Source: Gammaproteobacteria bacterium (GTDB lineage: Bacteria > Pseudomonadota > Gammaproteobacteria > Magnimaribacterales > Magnimaribacteraceae). From it: a stretch of DNA of 64,000 bases. Shown here one piece after another: positions 9,400 to 19,550 of the stretch. A program made the position numbers and the translations under genes. Each line of letters begins with the position of its first letter. Positions within the stretch are counted from its first letter, which is position 1. The notes under the pieces were generated by a model. It was not told the DNA's origin. It did not search any database and saw only the letters and a list, made by a program, of their open reading frames with translations. The stretch spans positions 333,667 to 397,666 of the forward strand of contig JBJLIX010000001.1 of NCBI GenBank assembly GCA_045563675.1, in the 5' to 3' direction.

Positions 9400-10491
9400 A
9401 TGGAAATAAACAGCATCCAAGAGCTAATAGATGACATTTCTGATGGAAAGATGATAGTGCTTATGGACGATGAAGATCGTGAAAATGAAGGAGATTTAAT
9501 ACTTGCTGCAGAAAAAGTAACGCCTGAAGCTATAAACTTCATGGCAACACATGCAAGGGGATTAATTTGCCTTGCTTTAAATCATCAAAAGTGCGAACAA
9601 CTCAATCTAGAGCCCATGGTAAAAGATAATGGAGATCTTCATGGCACGGCATTTACAGTTTCAATAGAAGCTGCAGAAGGAGTTACTACTGGTATTTCTG
9701 CCTCCGATAGAGCCAAAACTATCTTAACTGCAGTTAAGGAAAATGCATCTCCAAAAGATATAGTCCAACCCGGCCATGTTTTTCCTCTTAGAGCTTCAGA
9801 TGGTGGTGTACTAACAAGGGCTGGTCATACTGAAGCGGGTTTAGATCTCGCTAAATTAGCAGGCTTTCAAGAGGCTGCCGTTATCGTTGAGATAATGAAT
9901 GAAGATGGCAGCATGGCAAGAAGGAAAGACTTAGAAAAATTTGCTGCTAAACACAGCCTGAAAATAGGAACAATAGCTGATTTAATTCATTACAGGAGTA
10001 TTAACGAAAAAAGTGTTAAGAAAGTTGAATCTACGGTTGTTAAAAATGAGCATGGGGAGTTCCTCTTATACGCTTATAAAGATACAATTTTTAATCAATT
10101 ACATCTGGCATTAGTCAAAGGAGAAATCTCTTCTAAGAAAGATGTAACAGTAAGAGTTCAAACTATAAATACACTACAGGATGTAATGGGTATAAATGGT
10201 TTTGGAAGTAGAGTTTCTTTCACTCAATCCCTTAAAAGGATAGATGAGGGAGGCGAAGGTATAATACTTTTGCTCTCCCAAAAAGAAACAGATCAACAAT
10301 TATTAAATAATATAAAGTTCCTCAAAGGAGAAAGTAAACACACCAAATCTGAAGTTGTAGACAAGAGAATCATAGGAATTGGTTCTCAAATACTTAGAGA
10401 CTTGGGAGTAAAAAGAATGAAAGTTGTTGGAACTGAAGTGAAGTATCCGTTATCCGGTTTTGATCTAGAAATAACTGAATTTATAAATTAA
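9400..10491 (+). CDS. ribBA: 3,4-dihydroxy-2-butanone-4-phosphate synthase fused to a degenerate GTP cyclohydrolase II-like domain (RibBX type)
   Basis: 363 aa. The N-terminal DHBPS domain looks intact ([20 protein letters not shown]). The C-terminal domain aligns to RibA but lacks the zinc Cys ligands: [10 protein letters not shown] replaces RVHSECLTGD, and GSRVS replaces RCDCG. Confidence 0.9.
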   Translation: MEINSIQELIDDISDGKMIVLMDDEDRENEGDLILAAEKVTPEAINFMATHARGLICLALNHQKCEQLNLEPMVKDNGDLHGTAFTVSIEAAEGVTTGISASDRAKTILTAVKENASPKDIVQPGHVFPLRASDGGVLTRAGHTEAGLDLAKLAGFQEAAVIVEIMNEDGSMARRKDLEKFAAKHSLKIGTIADLIHYRSINEKSVKKVESTVVKNEHGEFLLYAYKDTIFNQLHLALVKGEISSKKDVTVRVQTINTLQDVMGINGFGSRVSFTQSLKRIDEGGEGIILLLSQKETDQQLLNNIKFLKGESKHTKSEVVDKRIIGIGSQILRDLGVKRMKVVGTEVKYPLSGFDLEITEFIN

Positions 10492-10493
10492 AA

Positions 10494-10967
10494 ATGAACC
10501 AAAAGGGAAAAAATGATTTTAAAGCTTCGAAAGTTTCTAAAGAAGCTAAATACGGCATTATTTCAACTCAATGGAATAAATTTGTTGTAGATGTAATGCT
10601 TGAAAATGCAGTACACGAATTAACCTCCCAAGGAGTTGATCCTAAAAACATCAAAAAAATAGAGGTTCCGGGGTCCTATGAGCTTCCTATTGCAGCCCAA
10701 AAGATGCTCGAAAAAAATGTAGATGCCGTGATTGCTTTAGGGGCAGTTATTAAAGGAGAAACTCCACACTTTGAGTTTGTTTCAAGCAGCTGTGCAAATG
10801 GTTTAACCAGGGTATCCTTAGATGCTAAGAAACCAGTATTATTTGGAGTCCTGACAACTGAAACAGAAGAACAGGCAATAGAAAGAGCCGATCCTGAGAG
10901 GGGAAATAAAGGAGGAGAAGTAGCCCAAAGCGCAATGGAATTGCTTGAGAAATTGTCCTCACTATGA
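10494..10967 (+). CDS. ribH: 6,7-dimethyl-8-ribityllumazine synthase
   Basis: 157 aa with typical lumazine synthase core (VPGSYELP, GAVIKGETPHFEFV) and position in the rib operon. Confidence 0.9.
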   Translation: MNQKGKNDFKASKVSKEAKYGIISTQWNKFVVDVMLENAVHELTSQGVDPKNIKKIEVPGSYELPIAAQKMLEKNVDAVIALGAVIKGETPHFEFVSSSCANGLTRVSLDAKKPVLFGVLTTETEEQAIERADPERGNKGGEVAQSAMELLEKLSSL

Positions 10968-11350
10968 ATGTAAAATCTCCTACAAGATCAAGAGATAAAG
11001 CTCTCCAAACCCTTTATGAAATAGAGGTTGGTGGTCACGATCTTTCTGAAATTGATATCAATCTTCATTCAGATAAAAAAAACTCTTTTTATCAAGAAAT
11101 CCTTAAAGGAGTTATAGAAGATAAAAATAACATAGACGAAGCTATCCAAAAAAACATGGATAGACCCCTAGAACGCCTAGATATAATAGAAAAGAACTCT
11201 TTAAGAATTGCCCTTTATGAGCTAATGAATAAGGACCTTGATAAAGCGATAATAATAAATGAAGCCATAAGAGTCTCAAAAAAATACGGATCCGTTGAAG
11301 GTTATAAGTTAGTTAATGCTGTCTTAGATAATTTCGTTAAAGCGAATTAG
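10964..11350 (+). CDS. nusB: transcription antitermination factor NusB
   Basis: 128 aa, ATGA-coupled to ribH, in the conserved ribH-nusB position. Confidence 0.85.
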   Translation: MNVKSPTRSRDKALQTLYEIEVGGHDLSEIDINLHSDKKNSFYQEILKGVIEDKNNIDEAIQKNMDRPLERLDIIEKNSLRIALYELMNKDLDKAIIINEAIRVSKKYGSVEGYKLVNAVLDNFVKAN

Positions 11351-13550
11351 GTTTAAATTCTACAAAAATTGGAGAAGACCATGCTCTCTCCTCAATTAGT
11401 GATAAACAATCACCAGTTCCTAAGCCGTTTGGATCACCACAAAAATTTATCTTTAAACATTTTCCCATTTCGTCTTTCTCGCAATTTAATCCCCCAGCAT
11501 TGATAGCCTTAGTAGGTTCTTGAATTGCCCTTACATAATACACAACTTCCCTATTACCTCCTTCAAACTGCTCGTCAATAAACTCTATAGAACAGCCTTC
11601 TTGAGAGGGTTCACACTCAAAAACTTTCCAAGGATCCTCTATGAGAGGTCTTATAGGTTCTTTCTCATAAACCTGTGGTCTTATCCTAACAACCTCTATT
11701 CTGGTAATATTTTTTCTTTCATCTATTGGATTAAAACATTCTCCCCTACATAGATTTTCTATAACTTCTTTATTGCTTTCTCCGAATAAAGAATAGCTAC
11801 AACCTCCTTTCTGTTTTTGAGCTCCCAGAGCTTTTACACTGAATTTGGGTGATGTAGACATCTGAACTTCACTACCCATTGGGTGTTTAAGTCCATCTTG
11901 ATGATTGGTCAAATTAAACCACAGTAAAATTCTTTCTCCACTAGTTGCGTAGACTTCTTTGTTTATTAAAGATTCCCATATCTTCTCTCTATTGCGTGAT
12001 TCAGAATGCGTAGCCACTAATCCACCTGTATACAAGAAAGAAGTTGCTCTTTCCAATTCACCAGGTATATCAGCGTTTAAATAAGTATCTGGATCTGGCC
12101 TTACCGACATTGGTAACTTAGGCTCTGTTAGTCTTGGGTTCAAAAGCTCTCTGGCAGATTGATTTTCAAAATCTAAGTGCGACTCTGTATTAAGTTTTCT
12201 TAAGGTCTCCTTGTAGCCCGTTCCAGGTCTTGCTTGATGATTATCACTCGAACCTATAAAACCATATCTATAACGGATAGGTACTTCCGTAGAAAAATCA
12301 GTTAGTGCTAATGAATATTGAACAGACATCTTAGGTCTAAAATCAAAAGCAGGTAAGAAACAATCCTTGCACTGTCCAGAATCCTTCCACTCAAAGGGGT
12401 CATACCCTGGAATTGTTAAGAGGCCATAAGGATAAATTGTTGCGAAATCTTCTCTAGCCTGTATAGCTCTGTTGTTACATTCTTCTTCAGAGCCTGCAGC
12501 AAGCCTACATCTTTCCTTTATTATGTCTCCTGCTTGAAAACATGTTGGTAGATATATTGAGCTTGGCTGCTGACAGGACTGACTTCCATCTAGATTGACC
12601 TCTATGGGTGCCCAATCTCTATATTCTTCTGAGTTTCCATGACCTGAATAAACCTCAATCAATCTGTTAAATACAGCATTATGATCTTTATCATTCAGCT
12701 GATTGTCCCAGGAAGACAAGGCAGGAGTAGTTCCTCCCCAAGCGCTTCCGTGAGGTATAACAATGGTGTCTAAATTAAGTTTTATTAGTTCTGAAAAAAG
12801 CTCTTCTGGGGTTCGGGCTTTTAGATAACAATCAGAATTTTCATCAATCTGCTCACGCTCCTTACAATCCTTATAGCCTTGAGCTACTAAGGATTTAAAT
12901 CTCCAATTAAAGTAGTTTTTTCTATTCGAAAAATCTAAAGCTGCAAAGGCAGCTGTGACCAGGGCATTATTGTTTACAAAGTTATCATGGGAGTCTGTTG
13001 CTATAGGTCTGTAAGGAACTTCTCCATCTTGTATTCCTTTAATGATAATATTTTTATGACCGTAATGATTTTCTTTTTTATCTCCCATTTGAGTCCATTC
13101 CCACCCCAAAAAAGGAACAACAGAAGGCTCATCTAGTTCGCTGGAAATTTTTGCACAATTCTGTATAGAGCCAAGGCTGTCTTTCCACTCTCTCTTAGTT
13201 AACCATTCTGCATGATCAGTAACAGCAAAAAAATCTAAGCTAGAACAAAACCTTGCATAATCACAAGCATCAGCTACTGGATGGACTCCTTCTCCTCCGG
13301 AGATAGGCAGATTAAACAACAAAGCATCTAAGGAAAAAGATGTATGCACATGTAAGTCACCAAAAAGTATCTGCTTAGGAGAACTTTCTCCACTTATAGG
13401 AAATTCAGCAACTTTTTTCGAGTTTGTTATTTCCCCTGGACCCTGGTATTCACCAAACCAATTAAGATAGGTTCCTAATAACAAAATCAATAAAGGAGCT
13501 GATAGAAAAGCTAAAGTGTAAGTTAGCCATTTCCAGTAGCCTTTTTTCAT
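11337..13550 (-). CDS. DUF3604-family exported metallohydrolase-like protein
   Basis: 737 aa with an N-terminal TM/signal. The FGDLHVHTSFSLDA motif (PHP-like) is typical of DUF3604 as I recall it. The protein is very Cys-rich, consistent with an exported disulfide-bonded protein. Confidence 0.7.
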   Translation of the reverse strand: MKKGYWKWLTYTLAFLSAPLLILLLGTYLNWFGEYQGPGEITNSKKVAEFPISGESSPKQILFGDLHVHTSFSLDALLFNLPISGGEGVHPVADACDYARFCSSLDFFAVTDHAEWLTKREWKDSLGSIQNCAKISSELDEPSVVPFLGWEWTQMGDKKENHYGHKNIIIKGIQDGEVPYRPIATDSHDNFVNNNALVTAAFAALDFSNRKNYFNWRFKSLVAQGYKDCKEREQIDENSDCYLKARTPEELFSELIKLNLDTIVIPHGSAWGGTTPALSSWDNQLNDKDHNAVFNRLIEVYSGHGNSEEYRDWAPIEVNLDGSQSCQQPSSIYLPTCFQAGDIIKERCRLAAGSEEECNNRAIQAREDFATIYPYGLLTIPGYDPFEWKDSGQCKDCFLPAFDFRPKMSVQYSLALTDFSTEVPIRYRYGFIGSSDNHQARPGTGYKETLRKLNTESHLDFENQSARELLNPRLTEPKLPMSVRPDPDTYLNADIPGELERATSFLYTGGLVATHSESRNREKIWESLINKEVYATSGERILLWFNLTNHQDGLKHPMGSEVQMSTSPKFSVKALGAQKQKGGCSYSLFGESNKEVIENLCRGECFNPIDERKNITRIEVVRIRPQVYEKEPIRPLIEDPWKVFECEPSQEGCSIEFIDEQFEGGNREVVYYVRAIQEPTKAINAGGLNCEKDEMGKCLKINFCGDPNGLGTGDCLSLIEERAWSSPIFVEFKPNSL

Positions 13551-13554
13551 CTTC

Positions 13555-13953
13555 TTAATGTACTTGTATAGGAGTTCTATCTGAATGCGGGTTCTGTTCG
13601 TATAATGAGTAACTTCTTAAATTATCTTTTTCTATAAAATAATGTTTTCTTTTAGGTTTATTAGTTAAAAGTTTAACTTTATAAAATTTTCCTTCACGAA
13701 TACTCTCAACTAATAAGATCTTTTCTCCTTTTTTAATCCTATATAAATCTCTTGCATCTACAGTCATTCTTTGGAATGGATCTAAAAAGTCATCGTAACG
13801 GCTTATCTCTATTGCATCGTGAATATAATGGTAAAGCACTTCAGAATAACCTCTAGTCAAAACAAATTGCGTACCTACTTCATAACCAGAGTCTTCTTTT
13901 GAACTTAAAAAGAGAGATAAAGGTAATAATAAAATAATAAGTTTTCGTTTCAT
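13555..13953 (-). CDS. hypothetical exported protein, paralog of 26463..26861
   Basis: 132 aa with a signal peptide. It is ATGA-coupled to the purA stop. It shares YEVG, KGEKILLV/KGDKIILL, a basic KRK stretch and length with the second copy. Confidence 0.6.
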   Translation of the reverse strand: MKRKLIILLLPLSLFLSSKEDSGYEVGTQFVLTRGYSEVLYHYIHDAIEISRYDDFLDPFQRMTVDARDLYRIKKGEKILLVESIREGKFYKVKLLTNKPKRKHYFIEKDNLRSYSLYEQNPHSDRTPIQVH

Positions 13954-15239
13954 TGGCCTAAAGGATATTCTCTGATAATTATGTCTTCACGTCTAGGTCC
14001 TGTAGAAATCATAATTACAGGAACTCCACAAAGCTCTTCTATGGTCTCTATGAAGTGAACAACTTTAGGATCTAAATCTTTGAAATCACAAATTCCTGCT
14101 GTAGGCTTATCCCATCCTTCAAGCTCAATATATTTCGGTTTAACTTCATTTAAGGCCATGGACTCCAAAATCTCTTCTGAGGGTAAATTGCTTGAATATT
14201 CTGAACAAATTTTTATTGTTTTTAAACCATCCAAAACATCAATTTTTGTTAGGCATATTCCATTTATTCCATTTAAATAAACGGCATGAGATAAAAGCTT
14301 AGCATCAAGCCAGCCACACCTTCTTGGTCTTCCGGTTGTAGCTCCAACCTCACCTCCTTTCTCGGCGATGTAATCACCCGTCTCATCTTCTAGTTCAGTA
14401 GGAAAAGGACCTTCTCCAACTCTGGTCGTATATGCTTTGCATATACCAAGAGAATAATCTATGTTGGTTGCGCTTACGCCTGCTCCGGATGCAATACCCC
14501 CTAAGGAAGAATTACTGGATGTAACAAAAGGGTAAGTGCCTAAACTGTAGTCCAGAAGAGCTCCTTGGGCTCCTTCAAAAAGAACTGTCTTTGAAGACTC
14601 TTGTAGGTCTTTTAGTAATGAAATTACATTTCCTACGAAGGGTTGTAATCTCTCAGATTGCTTTAAATTATTTTCAAATAATTCATTCAAATCTTCTTGT
14701 TGAGATTCATCATGCCTTTTAATTAAAAAGTTATAAATATCAAGGGCTTCTTCTAATTTAACTTTTAAAACTTTGGGGTTATATAGATCTGCTACCCTTA
14801 TTGCCCTTCTACCTACCCTGTCTTCGTAGGCTGGTCCTATGCCTCTCCCTGTGGTCCCTATTTTCGTTCCACTGCGTGACCTTTCTCGAAGCTGATCTAT
14901 TTTTATGTGATAAGGCTGAATTAGACATGCTGCATTACTTACAATTAATCTGTCGCTGATATCTCCAATAAACTCAAAGGCATCATCAATTTCAGAGAAA
15001 AGTGCTTCAAGGCTTATAACAACTCCTCTTCCTAAAAAGCATTTAATATTTTTATGACAAATAGATGAAGGTAATAGATGGAAAACGACTTTTTTTCCAT
15101 TGACAATAAGAGTATGGCCAGCATTATGCCCTCCCTGATATCTTACAGCCGCATTTATGTCTTTAGATAGAACATCAACGACTTTACCTTTTCCTTCATC
15201 TCCCCACTGTAAACCTAAAAGCGATATTGAATTAATCAT
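13950..15239 (-). CDS. purA: adenylosuccinate synthetase
   Basis: 429 aa with GLQWGDEGKGK P-loop, GTTGRGIGPAYEDK-like and GATTGRPRRCGW motifs. Confidence 0.95.
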   Translation of the reverse strand: MINSISLLGLQWGDEGKGKVVDVLSKDINAAVRYQGGHNAGHTLIVNGKKVVFHLLPSSICHKNIKCFLGRGVVISLEALFSEIDDAFEFIGDISDRLIVSNAACLIQPYHIKIDQLRERSRSGTKIGTTGRGIGPAYEDRVGRRAIRVADLYNPKVLKVKLEEALDIYNFLIKRHDESQQEDLNELFENNLKQSERLQPFVGNVISLLKDLQESSKTVLFEGAQGALLDYSLGTYPFVTSSNSSLGGIASGAGVSATNIDYSLGICKAYTTRVGEGPFPTELEDETGDYIAEKGGEVGATTGRPRRCGWLDAKLLSHAVYLNGINGICLTKIDVLDGLKTIKICSEYSSNLPSEEILESMALNEVKPKYIELEGWDKPTAGICDFKDLDPKVVHFIETIEELCGVPVIMISTGPRREDIIIREYPLGQ

Positions 15240-16230
15240 GCTTATTATTCAGTGAAGAAATTTCGGATACGGCCAACAAATCTAAATCGAAACCAACTGC
15301 AGACCTAGAGCGCGTTCCTTCTTTTGTTAATCCATCATACCTGCCGCCTTTGCTCAAACAATAACCGGCTTCTTTGCTAAATGCAGAGAAAACAACACCG
15401 GTATGATATTTAAACCCCGGTATCTCTCCTAAATCTAGGTGTAATGTTACATCTTCATCAACAGGCAGATTGTCTAACAAAGATTTTAGGTAATCTATTT
15501 TTTGTTTCACCTCTTTCCCTAAATGCGCTAATTCCTTTTCAGCTTTATTTAGTACATTTTTATCTCCATACATCTTAGAAACATTTAGTAATAAATCTAC
15601 ATTTTGATCAGTTAAACCCTTATCTGATAAGTCTCTGATATCAGACTGGGATTTTTTTGATAAAACAGATTCCAACTCACTGCGTAGAATGGGGCTGTCT
15701 CCTATAGTGTTAAGAATAGAATTTATCAATCCAGATTCTCCAATACTAAGAGTAATATCATTAACTCCAAGAGTTTTAAGACTTTCAACCATGAGATTAA
15801 TACTTTCTATATCAGCGTCGATAGAAGGGTCCCCGAAGATCTCAGATCCTACTTGAAATGTCATTCTTGATCTTGAGATAGATGAAAATTCTTTCTTTAA
15901 AACCTCTCCCGCATAACATAAGCGAGTAATTCCTGAAGACTCTAGTCTGTAGGCATCAATTCTTGCAGCCTGTTCCGACATATCAGGTCTAATTGAAACG
16001 CTTTGGTTGGATACTTCATCTATAAATGTAAAGGCATGAGAAGCTATTTCATCATGGGCTTCACCTCCGAGAGTCTTTGTTAACTCTAATAAAGGCGGAA
16101 TAATAAATTCATATCCTTCCTTTATATAGAGATCTATAAGTTTTCTCCTAAAATTCTCAACTTTTATTGCTCTTGGAGGAAGAATTTCTTCAACTCCCTC
16201 AGGAAGACTCCAAGGAATTTTTGAGGTCAT
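15232..16230 (-). CDS. hisZ: ATP phosphoribosyltransferase regulatory subunit
   Basis: 332 aa, HisRS-like without an anticodon domain, in the conserved gammaproteobacterial position between hflC and purA. Shorter than the Pseudomonas HisZ as I recall it. Confidence 0.8.
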   Translation of the reverse strand: MTSKIPWSLPEGVEEILPPRAIKVENFRRKLIDLYIKEGYEFIIPPLLELTKTLGGEAHDEIASHAFTFIDEVSNQSVSIRPDMSEQAARIDAYRLESSGITRLCYAGEVLKKEFSSISRSRMTFQVGSEIFGDPSIDADIESINLMVESLKTLGVNDITLSIGESGLINSILNTIGDSPILRSELESVLSKKSQSDIRDLSDKGLTDQNVDLLLNVSKMYGDKNVLNKAEKELAHLGKEVKQKIDYLKSLLDNLPVDEDVTLHLDLGEIPGFKYHTGVVFSAFSKEAGYCLSKGGRYDGLTKEGTRSRSAVGFDLDLLAVSEISSLNNKHD

Positions 16231-16246
16231 TTAGTTTTTTAACTTT

Positions 16247-17119
16247 CTAATCTATTTTTGACTGATCGAGATATTTAAAAAAGTCACTGTCTGGGTCAAT
16301 TAATAAAATATCTCCTTTCGTTTCAAAAGTAGACTGGTAAGCTTTTAGACTTCTTGTGAAATCGTAAAACTCTGGGTCTTTTGTATAAGCTGAAGCGTAT
16401 GTAGAAGTTGCTTCAGCATCTCCATTTCCTTTTATTATCTCTGCTTCTCTATAAGCATCGGCTAATATAACTGTCTTATCTTTATCAGCTGTGGCTCTTA
16501 TCTTTTCAGCTACTTCGTTTCCTTGAGCTCTCAATTCTCTTGCTAGCCTTTCTCTTTCGGTACGCATTCTGTTGTAAACAGATTCACTTACTTCTGAGGG
16601 TAAATCAATTTTTTTAACCCGAAGGTCTATAACTTCGACTCCCAGCTCTTCCTGCGCTATTTTGTCTAGCATTGTTGTTAATGAATTCATGAGCTGGTCC
16701 CTTTCACCTGAAACAACCTCATTTACAGTTCTCACACCAAACTCATTTCTTAATCCAGTATCAACCCTTTGACTAAGGAGACGTTTTGCTCTTTCTTCAT
16801 CTCCACCAGTGGTGGTGAAATACCTAGCTACGTCTTTAACTCGCCATTTAATGAAGGAGTCTACCATCAGAGCTTTTTTCTCCGAGGTTAGATATCTTTG
16901 TGGTTGAGCATCTAAAGTTAATATTCTTCCATCAAAATAACGTACTGAGTTAATAATAGGCCATTTGAAATGCAAACCAGGCTCGACATCAAATTGAACA
17001 ATTTCTCCAAACCTTAATTTCACTGCTCTTTCAATCTCGCTTACAACAAAAAGCGATTGAGAAAGAAATATCACAACAATAAGGCTAAAAGCCGAAATAA
17101 AAATATTAGATTTTTTCAT
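16247..17119 (-). CDS. hflC: protease modulator HflC
   Basis: 290 aa with an N-terminal TM and an SPFH/band-7 domain, in hflK-hflC order. Confidence 0.9.
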   Translation of the reverse strand: MKKSNIFISAFSLIVVIFLSQSLFVVSEIERAVKLRFGEIVQFDVEPGLHFKWPIINSVRYFDGRILTLDAQPQRYLTSEKKALMVDSFIKWRVKDVARYFTTTGGDEERAKRLLSQRVDTGLRNEFGVRTVNEVVSGERDQLMNSLTTMLDKIAQEELGVEVIDLRVKKIDLPSEVSESVYNRMRTERERLARELRAQGNEVAEKIRATADKDKTVILADAYREAEIIKGNGDAEATSTYASAYTKDPEFYDFTRSLKAYQSTFETKGDILLIDPDSDFFKYLDQSKID

Positions 17120-17133
17120 TTGTTTACCTCCTT

Positions 17134-18252
17134 TTATTGCCTATTTCTTTTTCTAATTTCTTCTATCACTCTATCTGTAAGTTCTCTGATCGAAGTTGCG
17201 CTATTGTCCCTACCTGGACTAGACGGTTGAACTGATACTGCCTCTTCAGACTGTCTAGCTATCTTGTCTAGTGGTAAGTAAAGAATATTGTTACCACCTT
17301 CAACATCAACCATAACTTTAGTACTGTTAGACATTACGTTTTGTACTGCCTCTATATAAAGTCTATTTCTAGTAACCTCTGGCGCCTTCTGATATTCAGA
17401 CAAGAGCAAATCAAATCTAGTCGCTTCACCTTGTGCTTCAGCAATTACTTGCGCTTCATAAGCCCTAGCATCCTGAATCATTCTTTGAGCTTGCCCTCTT
17501 GCTTCTGGTACAAGGCCGTTAGCATAAGTTTCAGCTTCATTTCTAACTCTGACTTCGTCTTCCCTAGCTTTTATAACGTCATCAAAAGCTGCTTGAACTT
17601 GATCTGGAGGAGCGGAATCTTCTATATTTACTATGACTACTTGTAATCCAGTTTCATAGCGATCTAAGTATTCCTGAAGTCTAATTTTTGTTAATTGTGC
17701 TATCTGCTCTCTCCCAGTTGTCAGGGCATCGTCCATAATTGAACTGCCTACGACATGGCGTAAAGCGCTTTCAGTTGCTTGGGCCAAGCTGTTATCAGGC
17801 TCTCTGATTTCCAAAACGTATCTTTCAGGATCATTTATTTGGTACTGTACTGAAATAGTAACAGCAACGATGTTCTCATCTTTTGTTAGCATTAAAGCGT
17901 CATGCCTATGGGGCCTTACTCTAACTACATCAACAATTGTCCAGCTATCGATAATGGGCGGGTTCCAGCGTAATCCAGGTCCTTTTGTTTCCATATATTC
18001 ACCTAGCCTTAGAACAACAGATCGTTCTGCTTGCTCTACTTGGTAAATACCCAAGCCAACCCAAATAAGAACTACAAGAATAAATCCAGAAAAAATATTT
18101 TTCTTTGAGAATCCAGGGCCAGATCCATCAGAAGATCCGCCTAAAATGCTATTTAATTTTTCTTTAAATTTATTTATTGCCTCATCGATATCAGGAGGAC
18201 CGTCTTTTCTTCCCCAAGGATCTTTATTTTTATCATTTCCATTCCAAGACAT
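17134..18252 (-). CDS. hflK: protease modulator HflK
   Basis: 372 aa with the N-terminal WGRKDGPPDIDE motif typical of HflK, a TM helix and an SPFH domain. Confidence 0.9.
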   Translation of the reverse strand: MSWNGNDKNKDPWGRKDGPPDIDEAINKFKEKLNSILGGSSDGSGPGFSKKNIFSGFILVVLIWVGLGIYQVEQAERSVVLRLGEYMETKGPGLRWNPPIIDSWTIVDVVRVRPHRHDALMLTKDENIVAVTISVQYQINDPERYVLEIREPDNSLAQATESALRHVVGSSIMDDALTTGREQIAQLTKIRLQEYLDRYETGLQVVIVNIEDSAPPDQVQAAFDDVIKAREDEVRVRNEAETYANGLVPEARGQAQRMIQDARAYEAQVIAEAQGEATRFDLLLSEYQKAPEVTRNRLYIEAVQNVMSNSTKVMVDVEGGNNILYLPLDKIARQSEEAVSVQPSSPGRDNSATSIRELTDRVIEEIRKRNRQ

Positions 18253-19541
18253 TAGATTGCTTCCTTAATTTTTTTTATCTTTAAATTAATACCTTTTTTA
18301 GAAATTAGAGTCTTAAGTTCTTTTTCATCTATTTCTAGGAGCAATTGTATCAGACCTGATTCACTTGTTGTCTCTTCAATTACCTTACCCAAAGAATAAA
18401 GTTTTGCTCTGGTTTTACCCTCACTGGGTTCTAATTCAACCCACTCCTTGACCATAGACTTTTTTCTATTGCTTTGAATGCATTTTATTAAGTCTTCTAA
18501 GCCTCTATTTTTCATAGCAGACAACCAGACTTCATCATTTGAATTTGAAATATTATTCAAGTCTTTCGAAACTTTATCGGACTTATTATTAACCCTTATA
18601 CAAGGGATTTCAGACACACCTAGCTCTTTAAGAATTAACTCAACCTGATCGGTTTTAAAAATAAAATCAGGGTCAGAAATATCAACAACATGAAGAAGAA
18701 TATCTGCAGATTTAAGTTCATCCAAAGTGGCTTTAAAAGATTCAATTAATTCGGTGGGTAAATCGGAGATAAAACCCACTGTGTCAGAAAACAGCACATC
18801 ATCCAATCCAGCAAGAGAGCTCTTTCTTGTTACAGAATCTAATGTTGCAAAGAGTTTATCTTTTACATATAGCTCACTTTCAGTTAATAGATTAAACAAA
18901 GTGGTTTTACCGGCATTTGTGTAGCCAACTAATGCTATTAAAGTTTGATCACTTTTATTTCTTGAATAACGATTTATCTCTCTTTGCTTATGCGATTTAT
19001 TTAATTTTGCTTTAATGCTCTTAATTCTTTGGTTGATAAGTCGTCTATCAGTTTCTAGCTGAGTTTCTCCAGGGCCCCTTAATCCAATACCTCCTTTTTG
19101 TCTTTCTAAATGACTCCACCCTCTAACTAAACGTGTCGATAAATGTGATAACTGAGCCAGTTCCACTTGAAGCTTCCCAATATGACTGAAAGCCCTTGCA
19201 GCAAATATATCTAAAATTAAACCTGTTCTGTCTAGAACTCTTGCCTTAAAAATATTCTCTAGGTTTCTTTCTTGTGAAGGAGTTAAATCGTGATTGAATA
19301 TAACTAACTCAGATTCAGTTTGATCAATAAAATCCTTAATCCTTTCAGCTTTACCTTTTGTTATAAATAAACCTGAATCAGGTTTGAATTGATTGGAAAG
19401 ATCTTCATAGAAAATATCAGCGCCCGAAGAAGTGACTAATTCCTTAAACTCCTCAAAAGCATTTATTGAGGAAAGACCTTTTTTTCTCTTAGAAAAATCA
19501 ACCTGCACTATTGCTGCTTTATAAGAAAATGATTCGGACAT
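18252..19541 (-). CDS. hflX: GTPase HflX
   Basis: 429 aa, collinear with E. coli HflX (DRTGLILDIFA, GGIGLRGPGETQLETDRR, GYTNAGKTTLFN, DTVGFI, NK.D). Confidence 0.95.
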   Translation of the reverse strand: MSESFSYKAAIVQVDFSKRKKGLSSINAFEEFKELVTSSGADIFYEDLSNQFKPDSGLFITKGKAERIKDFIDQTESELVIFNHDLTPSQERNLENIFKARVLDRTGLILDIFAARAFSHIGKLQVELAQLSHLSTRLVRGWSHLERQKGGIGLRGPGETQLETDRRLINQRIKSIKAKLNKSHKQREINRYSRNKSDQTLIALVGYTNAGKTTLFNLLTESELYVKDKLFATLDSVTRKSSLAGLDDVLFSDTVGFISDLPTELIESFKATLDELKSADILLHVVDISDPDFIFKTDQVELILKELGVSEIPCIRVNNKSDKVSKDLNNISNSNDEVWLSAMKNRGLEDLIKCIQSNRKKSMVKEWVELEPSEGKTRAKLYSLGKVIEETTSESGLIQLLLEIDEKELKTLISKKGINLKIKKIKEAI

Positions 19542-19550
19542 TCTGGAAGA

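Noticed and set aside
7832-9400. Looked for an FMN riboswitch or other leader upstream of the rib genes, and for a leader upstream of glyA.
   Set aside because: No space exists: the ribD start overlaps the nrdR stop, ribBA starts 3 nt after ribD, and the glyA spacer is about 60 bp of AT-rich sequence with no conserved riboswitch core visible.
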